In this document: piece by piece, positions 33,354 through 43,526 of the stretch
Layout of the letters: each line of letters opens with the position of its first letter
Numbering within the stretch: position 1 is the stretch's first letter
Source: Paecilomyces variotii
Lineage: Eukaryota
Assembly (NCBI GenBank): GCA_004022145.1
Contig: RCNU01000002.1
Strand: one strand, 5' to 3'
DNA: 64,000 bases
The notes under the pieces: generated by a model
Told to the model about the DNA's origin: nothing
Databases searched by the model: none
What the model saw: the letters and a program-made list of their open reading frames with translations, nothing else
Program-made: the position numbers and the translations under genes

Positions 33354-35906
33354 TCAGAACTTGGACCCAGTAGGATCAGAGCGGGCTTCCGCCCCAGAAC
33401 TGGGTGATTTAGAATCCATCGACGCCCGGATATCCAGCAACTTTGCGCTTCCAGCGCTGACATGGCGAACGTGTCCTCTTCCGTAATCGACACTCGTCGC
33501 ACGTTGGATTTCCGCTTCTTCCTGTTCTCCTTCTTCTTCGTCCACAGGGCTGTTATCTCCCGAGACGGATAAGACCTCCGCGCTCTGGGCAGTGGGCACA
33601 TTTTGGACATGATCGAGAAGAAGTCCTGCTTTGGATTTGGGTCGATTGGATGGCCGGATTACAGTTGGCCGTCGACCGATACCGATATGCCATGTCTCCG
33701 CCGGCTCTACCTCAGGCTCGGGTTTTTGCATGGGGAGACTATCGCTCTCCCTATCACTATCGGCACCCATCGCACTGCTACTCGCCCTACGCGCACCGGC
33801 AAGAGAATCCCGGCATTCTTCGTGGCTAGGCGTCAGCCTGGCGAGATCTTCATCGCCAACGATATCGTCAGCTTCTCTGGATTCGGCATAACCTTCGAGC
33901 TTATTCCCACTGGAGGCAACACTGTGTCGAACGGGGCTGTTGGCGTGCTGCGAAATACGACGCAGGAATTTGCCGGACATCCAAGATCCTTCCGAGTCAA
34001 CGGACGCAAGAGAACGTGACAGGAGAGCGCTGTCCGGCCGCGTTTCGACGCCACTTTCCCAGGAACGGTGTCGACCGGCTGATCGCCCAGGAATGGGTCG
34101 ACCGATCGTTTGCTCGAGATCGTCGTGGAAAGAAGCCTGCTCCGGGGAGGGCATATCTGGAATGGTTTCAGGAATATCAGGTGACTGCAACCGAGACTCC
34201 GGAGGTGAAATCGGAAAGTCACCCAGGTGCTCTGTGAACTTGGATTGCGAGCGTTTGACCGTGCCGACACGCAGGAAACTTCTCTGCACCATTCCAGGTG
34301 AAGTCCCCGTGACTGACGGAGGAGCTCTCGAGAAGGACTCTCGCGATGTGTTGGAGAATTCGGAAGGCGCGCGTTGAGCACGATCCCAAGAGCCTCTCTT
34401 GAGGCGAGAGCTACCGCGGCGGAAGAAGGTCGACCATCCGTTCATACGCTTGCCGCTGTTGTCCGATGGGCGTCTTTCATGATCGATCGTCCTAGAGCGG
34501 TCTGATATCGACTCCGAAGAAAACCCAGGATGCTGCGACGTACTCGTTCCACTGGGATCCTTTGTAACGGGCGAGGGACAAGGAGAAATACTGCTCCGCG
34601 AGATCTGCATATCTTGGGACAAAGCCATGCTGTCTCTCTGGGCCATCTTTTCGGCACGGATGGAACTGTCATCCAAGGTCCCAATGACATGCACGCTTTC
34701 CAGAGAAGCACGATTGCTTTTTGGCAAGCGACCATCGTTCGAGGGACCTCGCAGCCACGAACCAGATTGCTGAGAAGACGAACCAGCCTTGGCCCCGGAA
34801 TCGTGCTCATCTTGATCACGCGAGACTGATGCTCTGTGTGTGTCGAGAACGCTGCGTCCGCGGCGGTCTTCAGTCCCCTGTTCGCGATCATCCGAAGGTC
34901 CAGATTGTTCTTCTCGCCGACGCTCTTGCTCTCGTTGACGCTCAGCCCTGCGCTGCAACCTGCGCTGCAGCCTTTCCTGGTCAGCAATACGCTTCTTTTC
35001 CTTCCGACGGCGATCCCGTTCCAGGAGTTCCCTCAGAGCTCCAGCATCCAGATCGTCGGCCAGTTCGTCGATTCTCTTTTTCGGGTTGAGACTTTCCTCC
35101 GGGATGGTCGCCTGTTTATTTGAGGCCACGGACGGTCCCTGGCTCCTGGGAGTTTCGTATCGGGGCGGCTCACTGTACCGAATCGCAGGTCGTGGGGTCC
35201 AGGCAGCAAATGTGTTGACCTTGAAGGTATACGATTCGGACCCATCTGTCATGGAGGAACCCGGCGAGTCTCGAACAGGAAGGCTCAGGTCTGAAGCATG
35301 GCGATCTGAACGGCTGATTACACTACCAACCCTCCTCGTATCGCACGAGCTGGACACGACATTCGATGCGCCAGTACGTCTCGGAATGTTCACAGGAGAT
35401 GAAGACATGGCCCGGATCTCCTGCTCCCTTGAAATCTGTTCTATCTTCCGCTTGCTGAGTCTCTTCTTCAAAACTGAGGGTCCGGTGCTGCTGGGCTTCC
35501 TTCGCAACACTGATGCGCTCCTCGAGACAGACAGTTGATCTTGACCGATGCTGGAGTGCGATGCCTGTTCAAGGCCGTAGGGACGCTGACCAATGGGTTC
35601 AGTTTTCGCTTTCATGGGAGGATGATTCGGTTCGATGAACCTCGTCTGCGGAGTGGTTTTTGCTCGACGAGGAGAAGGCGCATCTTGCCCTGGGATGGAG
35701 GATTCGTCTGGAGTTGCTGAAGCACGGTTCTTGCGACGCTTGGATTTCTTGCGAGAAGGCTTCCGTTTGGGTGAGATGGCAGCCTCTTGAGGAGGTGCAA
35801 GGATAGACTCTGGTTCCTGAGCAGCGTACATCTTCTCCACTGTTTCAGGTCCCGCCAGCGGAGTGCTGGACCGCCTACCCTTGCGACCAAAAGGCCATAT
35901 TGCCAT
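33354..35906 (-). CDS. Uncharacterised 850-aa Ser/Arg-rich protein with central coiled coil
   Basis: Long intronless ORF starting MAIWPFGRK, with a charged coiled coil (ELADDLDAGALRELLERDRRRKEKKR) and motifs SLASVDSEGSWMSGK and HVSAGSAKLLDI. Confidence 0.85.
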   Translation of the reverse strand: MAIWPFGRKGRRSSTPLAGPETVEKMYAAQEPESILAPPQEAAISPKRKPSRKKSKRRKNRASATPDESSIPGQDAPSPRRAKTTPQTRFIEPNHPPMKAKTEPIGQRPYGLEQASHSSIGQDQLSVSRSASVLRRKPSSTGPSVLKKRLSKRKIEQISREQEIRAMSSSPVNIPRRTGASNVVSSSCDTRRVGSVISRSDRHASDLSLPVRDSPGSSMTDGSESYTFKVNTFAAWTPRPAIRYSEPPRYETPRSQGPSVASNKQATIPEESLNPKKRIDELADDLDAGALRELLERDRRRKEKKRIADQERLQRRLQRRAERQREQERRREEQSGPSDDREQGTEDRRGRSVLDTHRASVSRDQDEHDSGAKAGSSSQQSGSWLRGPSNDGRLPKSNRASLESVHVIGTLDDSSIRAEKMAQRDSMALSQDMQISRSSISPCPSPVTKDPSGTSTSQHPGFSSESISDRSRTIDHERRPSDNSGKRMNGWSTFFRRGSSRLKRGSWDRAQRAPSEFSNTSRESFSRAPPSVTGTSPGMVQRSFLRVGTVKRSQSKFTEHLGDFPISPPESRLQSPDIPETIPDMPSPEQASFHDDLEQTIGRPIPGRSAGRHRSWESGVETRPDSALLSRSLASVDSEGSWMSGKFLRRISQHANSPVRHSVASSGNKLEGYAESREADDIVGDEDLARLTPSHEECRDSLAGARRASSSAMGADSDRESDSLPMQKPEPEVEPAETWHIGIGRRPTVIRPSNRPKSKAGLLLDHVQNVPTAQSAEVLSVSGDNSPVDEEEGEQEEAEIQRATSVDYGRGHVRHVSAGSAKLLDIRASMDSKSPSSGAEARSDPTGSKF

Positions 35907-36443
35907 GGCGTCTGTCGTATCTTGCTCCCGGCCAGCTGTAATTGTGTCTGCTCAGCACCGGTGGTGAGCCCGTCCCAGGGCGCTCACGCAGCCAGGTCAG
36001 ACAATGTAGCGGTGTTTTGAGGATGTGAGATCGGCTGGGGAAGTGACGGAATTCATGGGTGACGGTTGAGCACGCGATGCGATAAGACGCGAGACAGTCT
36101 TGGACAGAAGAAGAAAAAGAGAAGAAAAAGATCTGGCAATGGGCCAGATTGGTCTGTTCTCGCTGGGACACTAAGAATGAAGCGTTGTGCAGTTAGGACG
36201 TTTCAACACTGGGAGTAGTAACTAACCACGCGGCTCTTGTCAGGTCGAAGGACTGATGTGGCGGAGGAAAAGATGGTTCGGACCAGAGGGCTTTTCTGGC
36301 GCAGTCGCTTAACGGGAATAGATGCGACCGGCCCGCTCCAAACGGAGACCCAAAATAACGTCAAACGGCGGTAGTTACCAGTGGCTTTGCGGCGTTGATG
36401 GGGGCGCTAATAAATCATTATTATTGTACCCAAGGGAGATGAA

Positions 36444-36490
36444 ATAGTAGTAGTAGTAGGAGTAATAATAGTAATAATAATAACAATAAT
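36444..36490 (+). repeat. Compound (TAG)n/(TAA)n microsatellite
   Basis: tagtagtagtagtag...taatagtaataataataacaataat. Confidence 0.85.
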
Positions 36491-38954
36491 ACCCAGGTTT
36501 TCTTTATGGAGAGAGCTTAACTACCAGACAGACAGTAGTTCATCGGGGGGCCGTTGGGGCCTTGCAGAGACTTTCAGGTCGTCCAGTGCAGGTCCAAGTC
36601 TTCGGGCTCAGACCCGCTGTCGTTTCCCCTCCCTTTTTCTCTCTCTTTTCATACTAACTAACTAGTTCATTATTATTTTTTGTGTCCTTGACTCCTTGGT
36701 GGCTTACTCTACTCCGTCCGTACTCCTTTTTGTGTGTGACGATGACTCCCCCCCGTATTGGGCTGGGGAGCAGCGGGTCGACTAGAGAACGACAAGCGTG
36801 TGATCAGCGGATAGCCGGACGGCTGTTGGCGTCGACCAGCGGGCGAACCGCTAATCCCACAAGAAGTTCCATGTCTCTCAACCTTCGACAGTGGGCCCTC
36901 GCGGCTTCGAGTCGAACTGCTAAACAGAAGCAGTAGTGGACCGTTCAAGACCCTGGGAACGTGGTGGTCTCGATGGTCGACGGACAGCCGCCAAGGCCAA
37001 AAAGAAGCGTTGTGATTATTGTTCCAAGGTTCCTCCAGGAAATCGATAGTTAAGAGTGCTATCCTCGAATAATGATAGATACTGATAGTGTGGCTAACTC
37101 CAACAGCTGTTCTGCGCTCTGTCTGTATACTGGTAACGTGAATGGCAAAATGGATCGCTCTGCTTTCTTCGCTGACGGCATTATGGGACCCGTTGGGATG
37201 GCACTGATATCGCATCGCATGCAAGTTGTACTCTCTCTGTTAGATAGAGAAATCGGTAGAAGAGTGAATCTTTATCAGGCACCCCATGGCAGACGGCCAG
37301 TGCGAAACGTTCCTGCGTCCATTTGGCTCCAAGTTGGCAGATGTGAGACATCTTGCGACAGGTACAGAAGATCACTCACACCCCTGTCCGCAGTCAGCTG
37401 CCACTTGGCAGCAGTCCAAGTAAAAACACCAGAAAGAGAGAACAATAATCATCTATCTCTTTCATACTTACTTGGTCAAGCCCTGCAAAGAATCGAGGGA
37501 CACCGGCAATCACTGACGTGTCAGGACGAAAACCCGAGATAGCAAGTGGATTGTCGCGATTACCGGGGTCTCACACCTCGGTGCAAGTGCCGCATCAAAA
37601 AGATAGACAAGGATTTCAGCACGACGGCTGTCTCTTGTTTGCTTCCTATCCGAAGCATCATACCATTTGGAGCATCCACCGCTCTGCAAAACATATGCAA
37701 GATGTCGTCTATTATTGGAGAAGGGGGATTCGGATCGCATCGGTTTTATCTGCAAGTTTGTGGCTCTTCAACATTCCTTACTTACCATTCACAACGCCAC
37801 CAGCGATCCACCCGATGAAGCTTAGATAGATCCATGCTTGCGAACAAGGCGGCAACTGGATCGTTCCCGGGGAGCTGTGGCGTTTGACACGATGTAACTG
37901 GTTTCGAGAGGATATAGATCTCCATCCGCAAAATGCATGTATGACGAGAACAGGTACTCATTCGGCCAGCTCGGTATCTTGGTCGAATCATGGATGTTGT
38001 AACCATCTTCCCCGACAGCCTAGGAGGTCTTGTCGCAATTCCCATTTGTGCCTCAAGAGAGTGGCACGCAGGCTGATGCATACTGGCAGACCATTACGGC
38101 CTTCTGTCAACGGCCATGGCTCTACTGAGCTTTTTCTGAGGACTTGACCGGACAACACTGAGATTTCGTTGCACGCCTCTGACTCCTGCGCAGCGTCAAT
38201 ATATCCACGAATATAGAGATCACGTGGTCGTATATGCTATTCGACTTTTCTTTTACGTGCGAGGTTCCGCGGAGGCTTGGCCGTCGGGCTTTGAGCACTT
38301 GGTGATCTTGGGGACGGGCACAAGAGTAGTTAATACTTCGTGCATGGCCAATGAGTCTTTGCATGATCTGGGTTCCACTGAGCCAGGTGTCATTTTTCCC
38401 CCACCCTAAGAAAAGAGCGACAGTCTAACTGCTGGAGGATTCTTTCCATTGGAAATCACTTGTCACAATGTCGTCAAGGATGTTGATGGCTATCTGGAAT
38501 CACGGATGCCTGACGCGGCATCATTCAGGAACGCCACGCACGTACCCTGCCGCAAGGATATACAGCACCTTATCTCACCGCTATCTAACTGGAGTTTTTC
38601 CTCATGCTCTTTCTCCCTGGCATCTTCGAAAGAGAAGCGATGAAAACGCGATAGAGGACATGTCTGTTTATATCGGCGTGGATATTGCTCTTATATTTCG
38701 CAACAGCTGATCTGATTCTCAGAGCTGGTGGCGAGTTGCCCAATGAACAAATCATCATTGGAAAGTTTATCATCAACTCTTCTATCGGACGAACCACCAA
38801 TCACATATATACTGCTGGCAACAACTACGACAAATGGATGTGACTCATGCTCTCATGGGTAGTTTGGTATGTAGGTCGACGAAGTCTTCCCGATTGGGAA
38901 GAAATCCGCAAGAGGAACTTGAGATCTTATACGGATGTGTTATTCAACTTGGCC

Positions 38955-39028
38955 GGTCCCGTAGCTCAGTCGGTTAGAGCGTGGTGCTAATAACGCCAAG
39001 GTCGCGAGTTCGACCCTCGTCGGGACCA
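38955..39028 (+). tRNA. tRNA-Ile (anticodon AAT), intronless
   Basis: GGTCCCG/CGGGACC acceptor stem, D arm GCTC-AGTCGGTTA-GAGC, anticodon arm TGGTG-CTAATAA-CGCCA, T loop TTCGACC, followed by a T-run Pol III terminator. Confidence 0.96.
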
Positions 39029-41020
39029 TCTTTTTTTCTCTCCCGCAGCCGTACGTTACACGGAAAGGGACCTGATATTTTTGAACGAACCTGGGTTTTA
39101 TTTTTTTTATTTATTTATTTTTTTTTTTTGCTTTCTCTCTTTGTTTTACTCGCTGTTTATGCTTATTCAAGATATGTTTTGCATGAGAATGCTCTATATG
39201 GTCAGATCCGGTTGGTTCCACCGGTTAACACGTGGAGAAGAAGTCTTCCGTAAGAAGAACTACACCGATATTGGACTCTTGCGCCAAGTCCCTTTGCAGT
39301 TCTGACCCCATCAGATTTCAAGTCGGACGGCAAGTGAGACATCTAGATCCTCCTACTAACTGAAACCGACCAAACCCGAGCATATCAGCTTAGATTTGGA
39401 GGGCACGCAGTATCTTCTAGAATCGACACGCATGACAGAACTCCCTGGAGTTCTATAGAAATCTAGACGTACAGAGTAACATTGTACTTGTTGTTTACTG
39501 TTCCTAACTTCCTACTGACAAGTAAACTTGCCTTTAGTTCCTAGCAAAGTACTACGTAATAATATTAATGACCTCGGGAGTCGGCATCTCACCTAGATAC
39601 TAGCGATTTCCAAATACGGACAGCATGGCAGCTGGCCAGTACCTAGGATGAAAAGCTTTTGTAGCTTGTTCGTTCAGTTCTTATGATACTCTGCACGCCA
39701 AGGAGGTCTAGAGTTAATGTATAAGACATTCTTCGCGCCCTACGATCGAGAAGGAGTAATAATAATAGAAGACGTGGGCATTAAACTACACTCTAGCTGA
39801 ACTCAAAAATAGAAAGCCACTTCCTGGCTTAGGTTCTTGGCTTGAGCTGGAGGGCAAGCTCTAGACCTCAGACTCCAGAGTAGAAGATGTGAGAATCGAG
39901 AAGATTACCTCCTGCTACTGATACTTATTATCTATTCGAGCGGAAATTATACCCTGTCTCATAGGACGGATTTGGAATCAGGTCTTTTTTCCCTTTCTTT
40001 TTATATGCTCCATATCTAGAGTAGAGACCAATTAACTAAAGTCAAAGCTCTGAACGAGAGAGATTTGAAATCAGACGACACTTGCGTCTTAGTTATCGGG
40101 ATCTTTTTCCAAGATTGGACTTACTTAGCTAGTCGTGTGTACTATTGAAGCCAAGAGAACTAGTTTTTCCCCTGATTTGGAGATTACTACTACTTGCTCG
40201 TATAACTACTACAGATGGGGATACGATACGTTCTTCCATTATTACGATCATGTTGGATATTATTTCCTAGGTCCAATTTTCTATCTTTTCATTATTCGAA
40301 GTGTTCAAAGTCCCTATGTGCAATTCGGTGCGAGTTCTGGATCTATGAGTACTCATAGCCTGGGCATCGCCATGCTCTTGGCGCATTTAATAGCGGCTTT
40401 GTGAGCAGCGTCTGGTTTCTTCTCCTGCGGCTTCGACAGATTGCGGATAATAATGGCCCGTTACGTCCTTAGGGGCGGGGATGGCGAAGCCGCCGCGAAA
40501 GCTGGGGACGGTGAACCATCTCTTTGACGTATATTTGGCATAATAATAATAATGTCGGGTATGCGCGTAGGTCTGTCTTGATATGGGAGTTAGTTATCGG
40601 GATTGGGATCTGCTGAACGATGACATTACTATAGATGCCATCACTGGCGTTTCTGACAACGGGGTAAATATTTGCTGGGTTCCTCTCGTCTTATAATTCC
40701 AGGAAAGAGAAATGGACACTTGACTAGAGCGATTGTGGTACTGTTGAATGACTACCTAAGGTATCAATAATATTTAAATATGTCTCGAAGAGCGGTTGTA
40801 GTTAGTTGGCTGTTAACCCACCGCCCCACCAGGCACGAGGCGGGAAGCTTAACTGTAAAGTTGTCGGCTCGACACTTTTTGCTGCACTATCTAGTACCTT
40901 TCTCCGGATCGCTGGAATCGATTGCCTTGTATCTGCTCCGGAAGATAGGAGCGGATTGCCGCAATATCTACCTGCAGACCATCTGCAGCCTGAACACGGC
41001 CGGGTTTCCCGTCTCCCACG

Positions 41021-41926
41021 ATGTCGAATCTCATCGACCCCGCGACGGGCCAACAGCTCCCCACGGATGCTATCCAGCGCGTCCTCTTCGTCGCCCGTCC
41101 CGTCCATGTCTACGCCATTCCACCCCTGACTTCGATGAAAGGTTATAAGGCTGCGGAATGGACCGAACCCGATCCTCGAACTGGACAGAGCCGGCAGATC
41201 TTCACGGCCCGCCTCCGCATTCTCGAAACCGCCATCCCCGCCCCGATCACCGCTGGCGGTGATCAGCAACAGGAGCAAGTGAAGACTGATATTGTGTTGG
41301 AAGATGCAGACAGTGGAGCTCTTTTTGCTGCGGCACCATATACGGACCCAGAGGCGGTAGAGCATGTGTTGGACTCGTCGCGCTTCTTTGCTATCCGTGT
41401 TGTCGGAGAAGGACGCAAGGCAGTGCTGGGCATCGGCTTCGAGGATAGAAGTGAAGCCTTTGATTTCGGTGTCACTCTCCAGGAAGCACGGAAAGTCCTC
41501 GGTTTTTCGGACAGCACTGAAGCTACCGGGTCAGGCTTACGAGGCGCCAAACAATCGTCGTCATCAAAACCGCAGCCGGAGAAGGCCCTGTCAAAGGACT
41601 ACAGTCTGAAACCCGGCCAGACGATTACTGTGGACATTGGCAGCAAACGGCGATCAGCGGAGATTAAGAATACTTTCAGTTCTACTACCGGTCAGGAAGA
41701 TGACCAACGGGCACTGTTTTCCATTCCGCCACCTCCTGGTCCTGCGACCGGTATAGTGTTTGATAACAGCGGCGACGACAGCAACGCATTTCCTATTTTG
41801 GCACCGCCTCCCTCTGCGAGGGATACCCGTTCTGAGCGAAGGAGACCACGGCCTCAATCTGCTTTGCTGGCGGGCCAGAAGGACGAGTTCGGCTTCGACG
41901 ATGGTGAATTTGGCGAGTTCAAATGA
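41021..41926 (+). CDS. NECAP-like adaptin ear-binding coat-associated protein (PHear/DUF1681)
   Basis: VHVYAIPP, GYKAAEW, FTARLRI, LFAAAPY, VEHVLDSSRFFAIRV, LGIGFEDRSEAFDFGVTLQ, DYSLKPGQTI, and C-terminal DDGEFGEFK. Confidence 0.92.
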   Translation: MSNLIDPATGQQLPTDAIQRVLFVARPVHVYAIPPLTSMKGYKAAEWTEPDPRTGQSRQIFTARLRILETAIPAPITAGGDQQQEQVKTDIVLEDADSGALFAAAPYTDPEAVEHVLDSSRFFAIRVVGEGRKAVLGIGFEDRSEAFDFGVTLQEARKVLGFSDSTEATGSGLRGAKQSSSSKPQPEKALSKDYSLKPGQTITVDIGSKRRSAEIKNTFSSTTGQEDDQRALFSIPPPPGPATGIVFDNSGDDSNAFPILAPPPSARDTRSERRRPRPQSALLAGQKDEFGFDDGEFGEFK

Positions 41927-42579
41927 TTGCGTTGGATGGGTAATACGGCCATCAATTAAAGTACATACATACATATATGAGATGCTTTCTGTTCACAGCG
42001 ATTGTTGAATTGGACATTGTGGCTGGAAAATTTATGATACCACTTTGATATCGATCTTTCTCTCAATGATATAGAGGGCGTTTATGCAACTTGATTCTAC
42101 CATTCATTCTATGAAACCCCCCTGCGGACTGAATTGCGTGATGATTATCTAGGGCGATCATTATATACTTTGTCAAAAGCTTTGTTGGATTCTGTTTTCA
42201 GTCGATACCACAGTGATACACAAAAGATGTTTGAATTCAAATAGCCACTGGAACGCCGCAGAATGCGTGATCATTGGAAAAGAAGCAACGACCCGACGAT
42301 GCTGTGGTGTCAAGATAAAATATTGGTTTCCCATAAAATGAAAATCAAACAGACCGACCACATCTAGCTGACTCGCTAGAAAAAAAAAGATCTAGCTATA
42401 TAAAAAAATCTCAGCTATAGAAGAGTTTTCCAAACCGGATTTATGCAACATCAAAAACACACAAAGTTCGTCACCGCCAGCGGTCGCGTCCTTTGCATCG
42501 AGCGTATCGTCACCGCGCCTGTCCTAAAAGTCCTGATTCCGTACGCGTCACAGACGTGCGATATCGAGGGTAATTTCGT

Positions 42580-42795
42580 TCATTTCTTGTAGGATGGTTT
42601 CTTCCTCAGTCGATTGGGTTCTCGCCTCTCTAGCGTACGGTATCTCCGGCTCGCATGTCGGCTTAGCAGCTTCTTTATCGACCAGGTAGCCCCATTATCG
42701 TTCTCAGAGAGAGATTCTCTTCGTTCTCTTCGTTCCGGGCTGGAGTTGTCATTATAGTCCTCACTAATAGCGGTGGTCAATGGCGCTGCGTCCAT
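42580..42795 (-). CDS. Possible small 71-aa protein with basic C-terminus
   Basis: ATG in AAAAATGG context. Acidic N-half and basic C-half (NRLRKKPSYKK). No recognisable family. Confidence 0.33.
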   Translation of the reverse strand: MDAAPLTTAISEDYNDNSSPERRERRESLSENDNGATWSIKKLLSRHASRRYRTLERREPNRLRKKPSYKK

Positions 42796-42802
42796 TTTTG
42801 CC

Positions 42803-42823
42803 CCTCTCTCTCTCTCTCTCTCT
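42803..42823 (+). repeat. (CT)n microsatellite; a (TA)n tract follows at about 43091-43122
   Basis: Directly visible dinucleotide repeats. Confidence 0.9.
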
Positions 42824-43391
42824 CAACGAACTGGGCGCGCAATGTGTTAAATCGGACCACGATGCCTCGAGAGAAGAGGTCGAGATAACTTCAAGAGAGG
42901 TTCACAGAGACCAAGTATGTGTCAACAGGAGGGTTTTCAGGAAAAAAGGCCTCAGGCGCAAACAGTCCAAGTTACAGCGGGCAGTCAGCGTCTTGGTATT
43001 GCTCGGTAAACATTAATCGGATTCGCGCTTGCAGGGATGCGGGGGTGCGTGTAGGGATGGAACGCAGGCTAACATCAAGAGAAGGAGAACATATATATAT
43101 ATGTATGTATATATATATATATTTAATCTTCCACAGACTTTCAGAGAAATTAGATTAGATATCCATGACCTCATCTACTTTTCCTGATCGTAGTACAGTA
43201 GTAGAGAAAGTAGGGTACTTGGTGGGGTGCAGATGGAGAATAACATTGAGTAAGTATAAGGCTGTACCATGGTCGTCATCCGGCGCACTCCGTCTTAATT
43301 ATTTCGGTGTGTGTGATATGACAACTGCGAACTAGATAATTAAAAAAAAATTATCGAGTATCCGCCAATCATTCTGCTTTTTGATACAATT

Positions 43392-43526
43392 GCCCTTGTA
43401 GCTCAGTGGTAGAACATAGCACTGTACGAATTTACCAAAACTGATCAGAATTCTTGAAGTTTGACTAAGTAACGAGATAAACACTGTGTTGTTCCACGAG
43501 GCTCGCGTCAATCCCGCGCGGGGGCA
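43392..43526 (+). pseudogene. Aberrant tRNA-like element with ~60-nt insertion/intron, anticodon unresolved
   Basis: Acceptor stem GCCCTTG/CGGGGGC plus A, A-box TAGCTCAGTGGTAG, shortened T arm CGCG-TCAATCC-CGCG lacking GTTC, downstream T-run. Confidence 0.6.

Noticed and set aside
33603-35720. Multiple 70-180 aa overlapping ORFs
   Set aside because: Shadows of the GC-rich 850-aa CDS.
43392-43526. tRNA-Sec interpretation of the tRNA-like element (GCCC start, 4-bp T stem)
   Set aside because: No UCA anticodon, the acceptor stem is 7 rather than 9 bp, and ascomycetes are not known to use selenocysteine.
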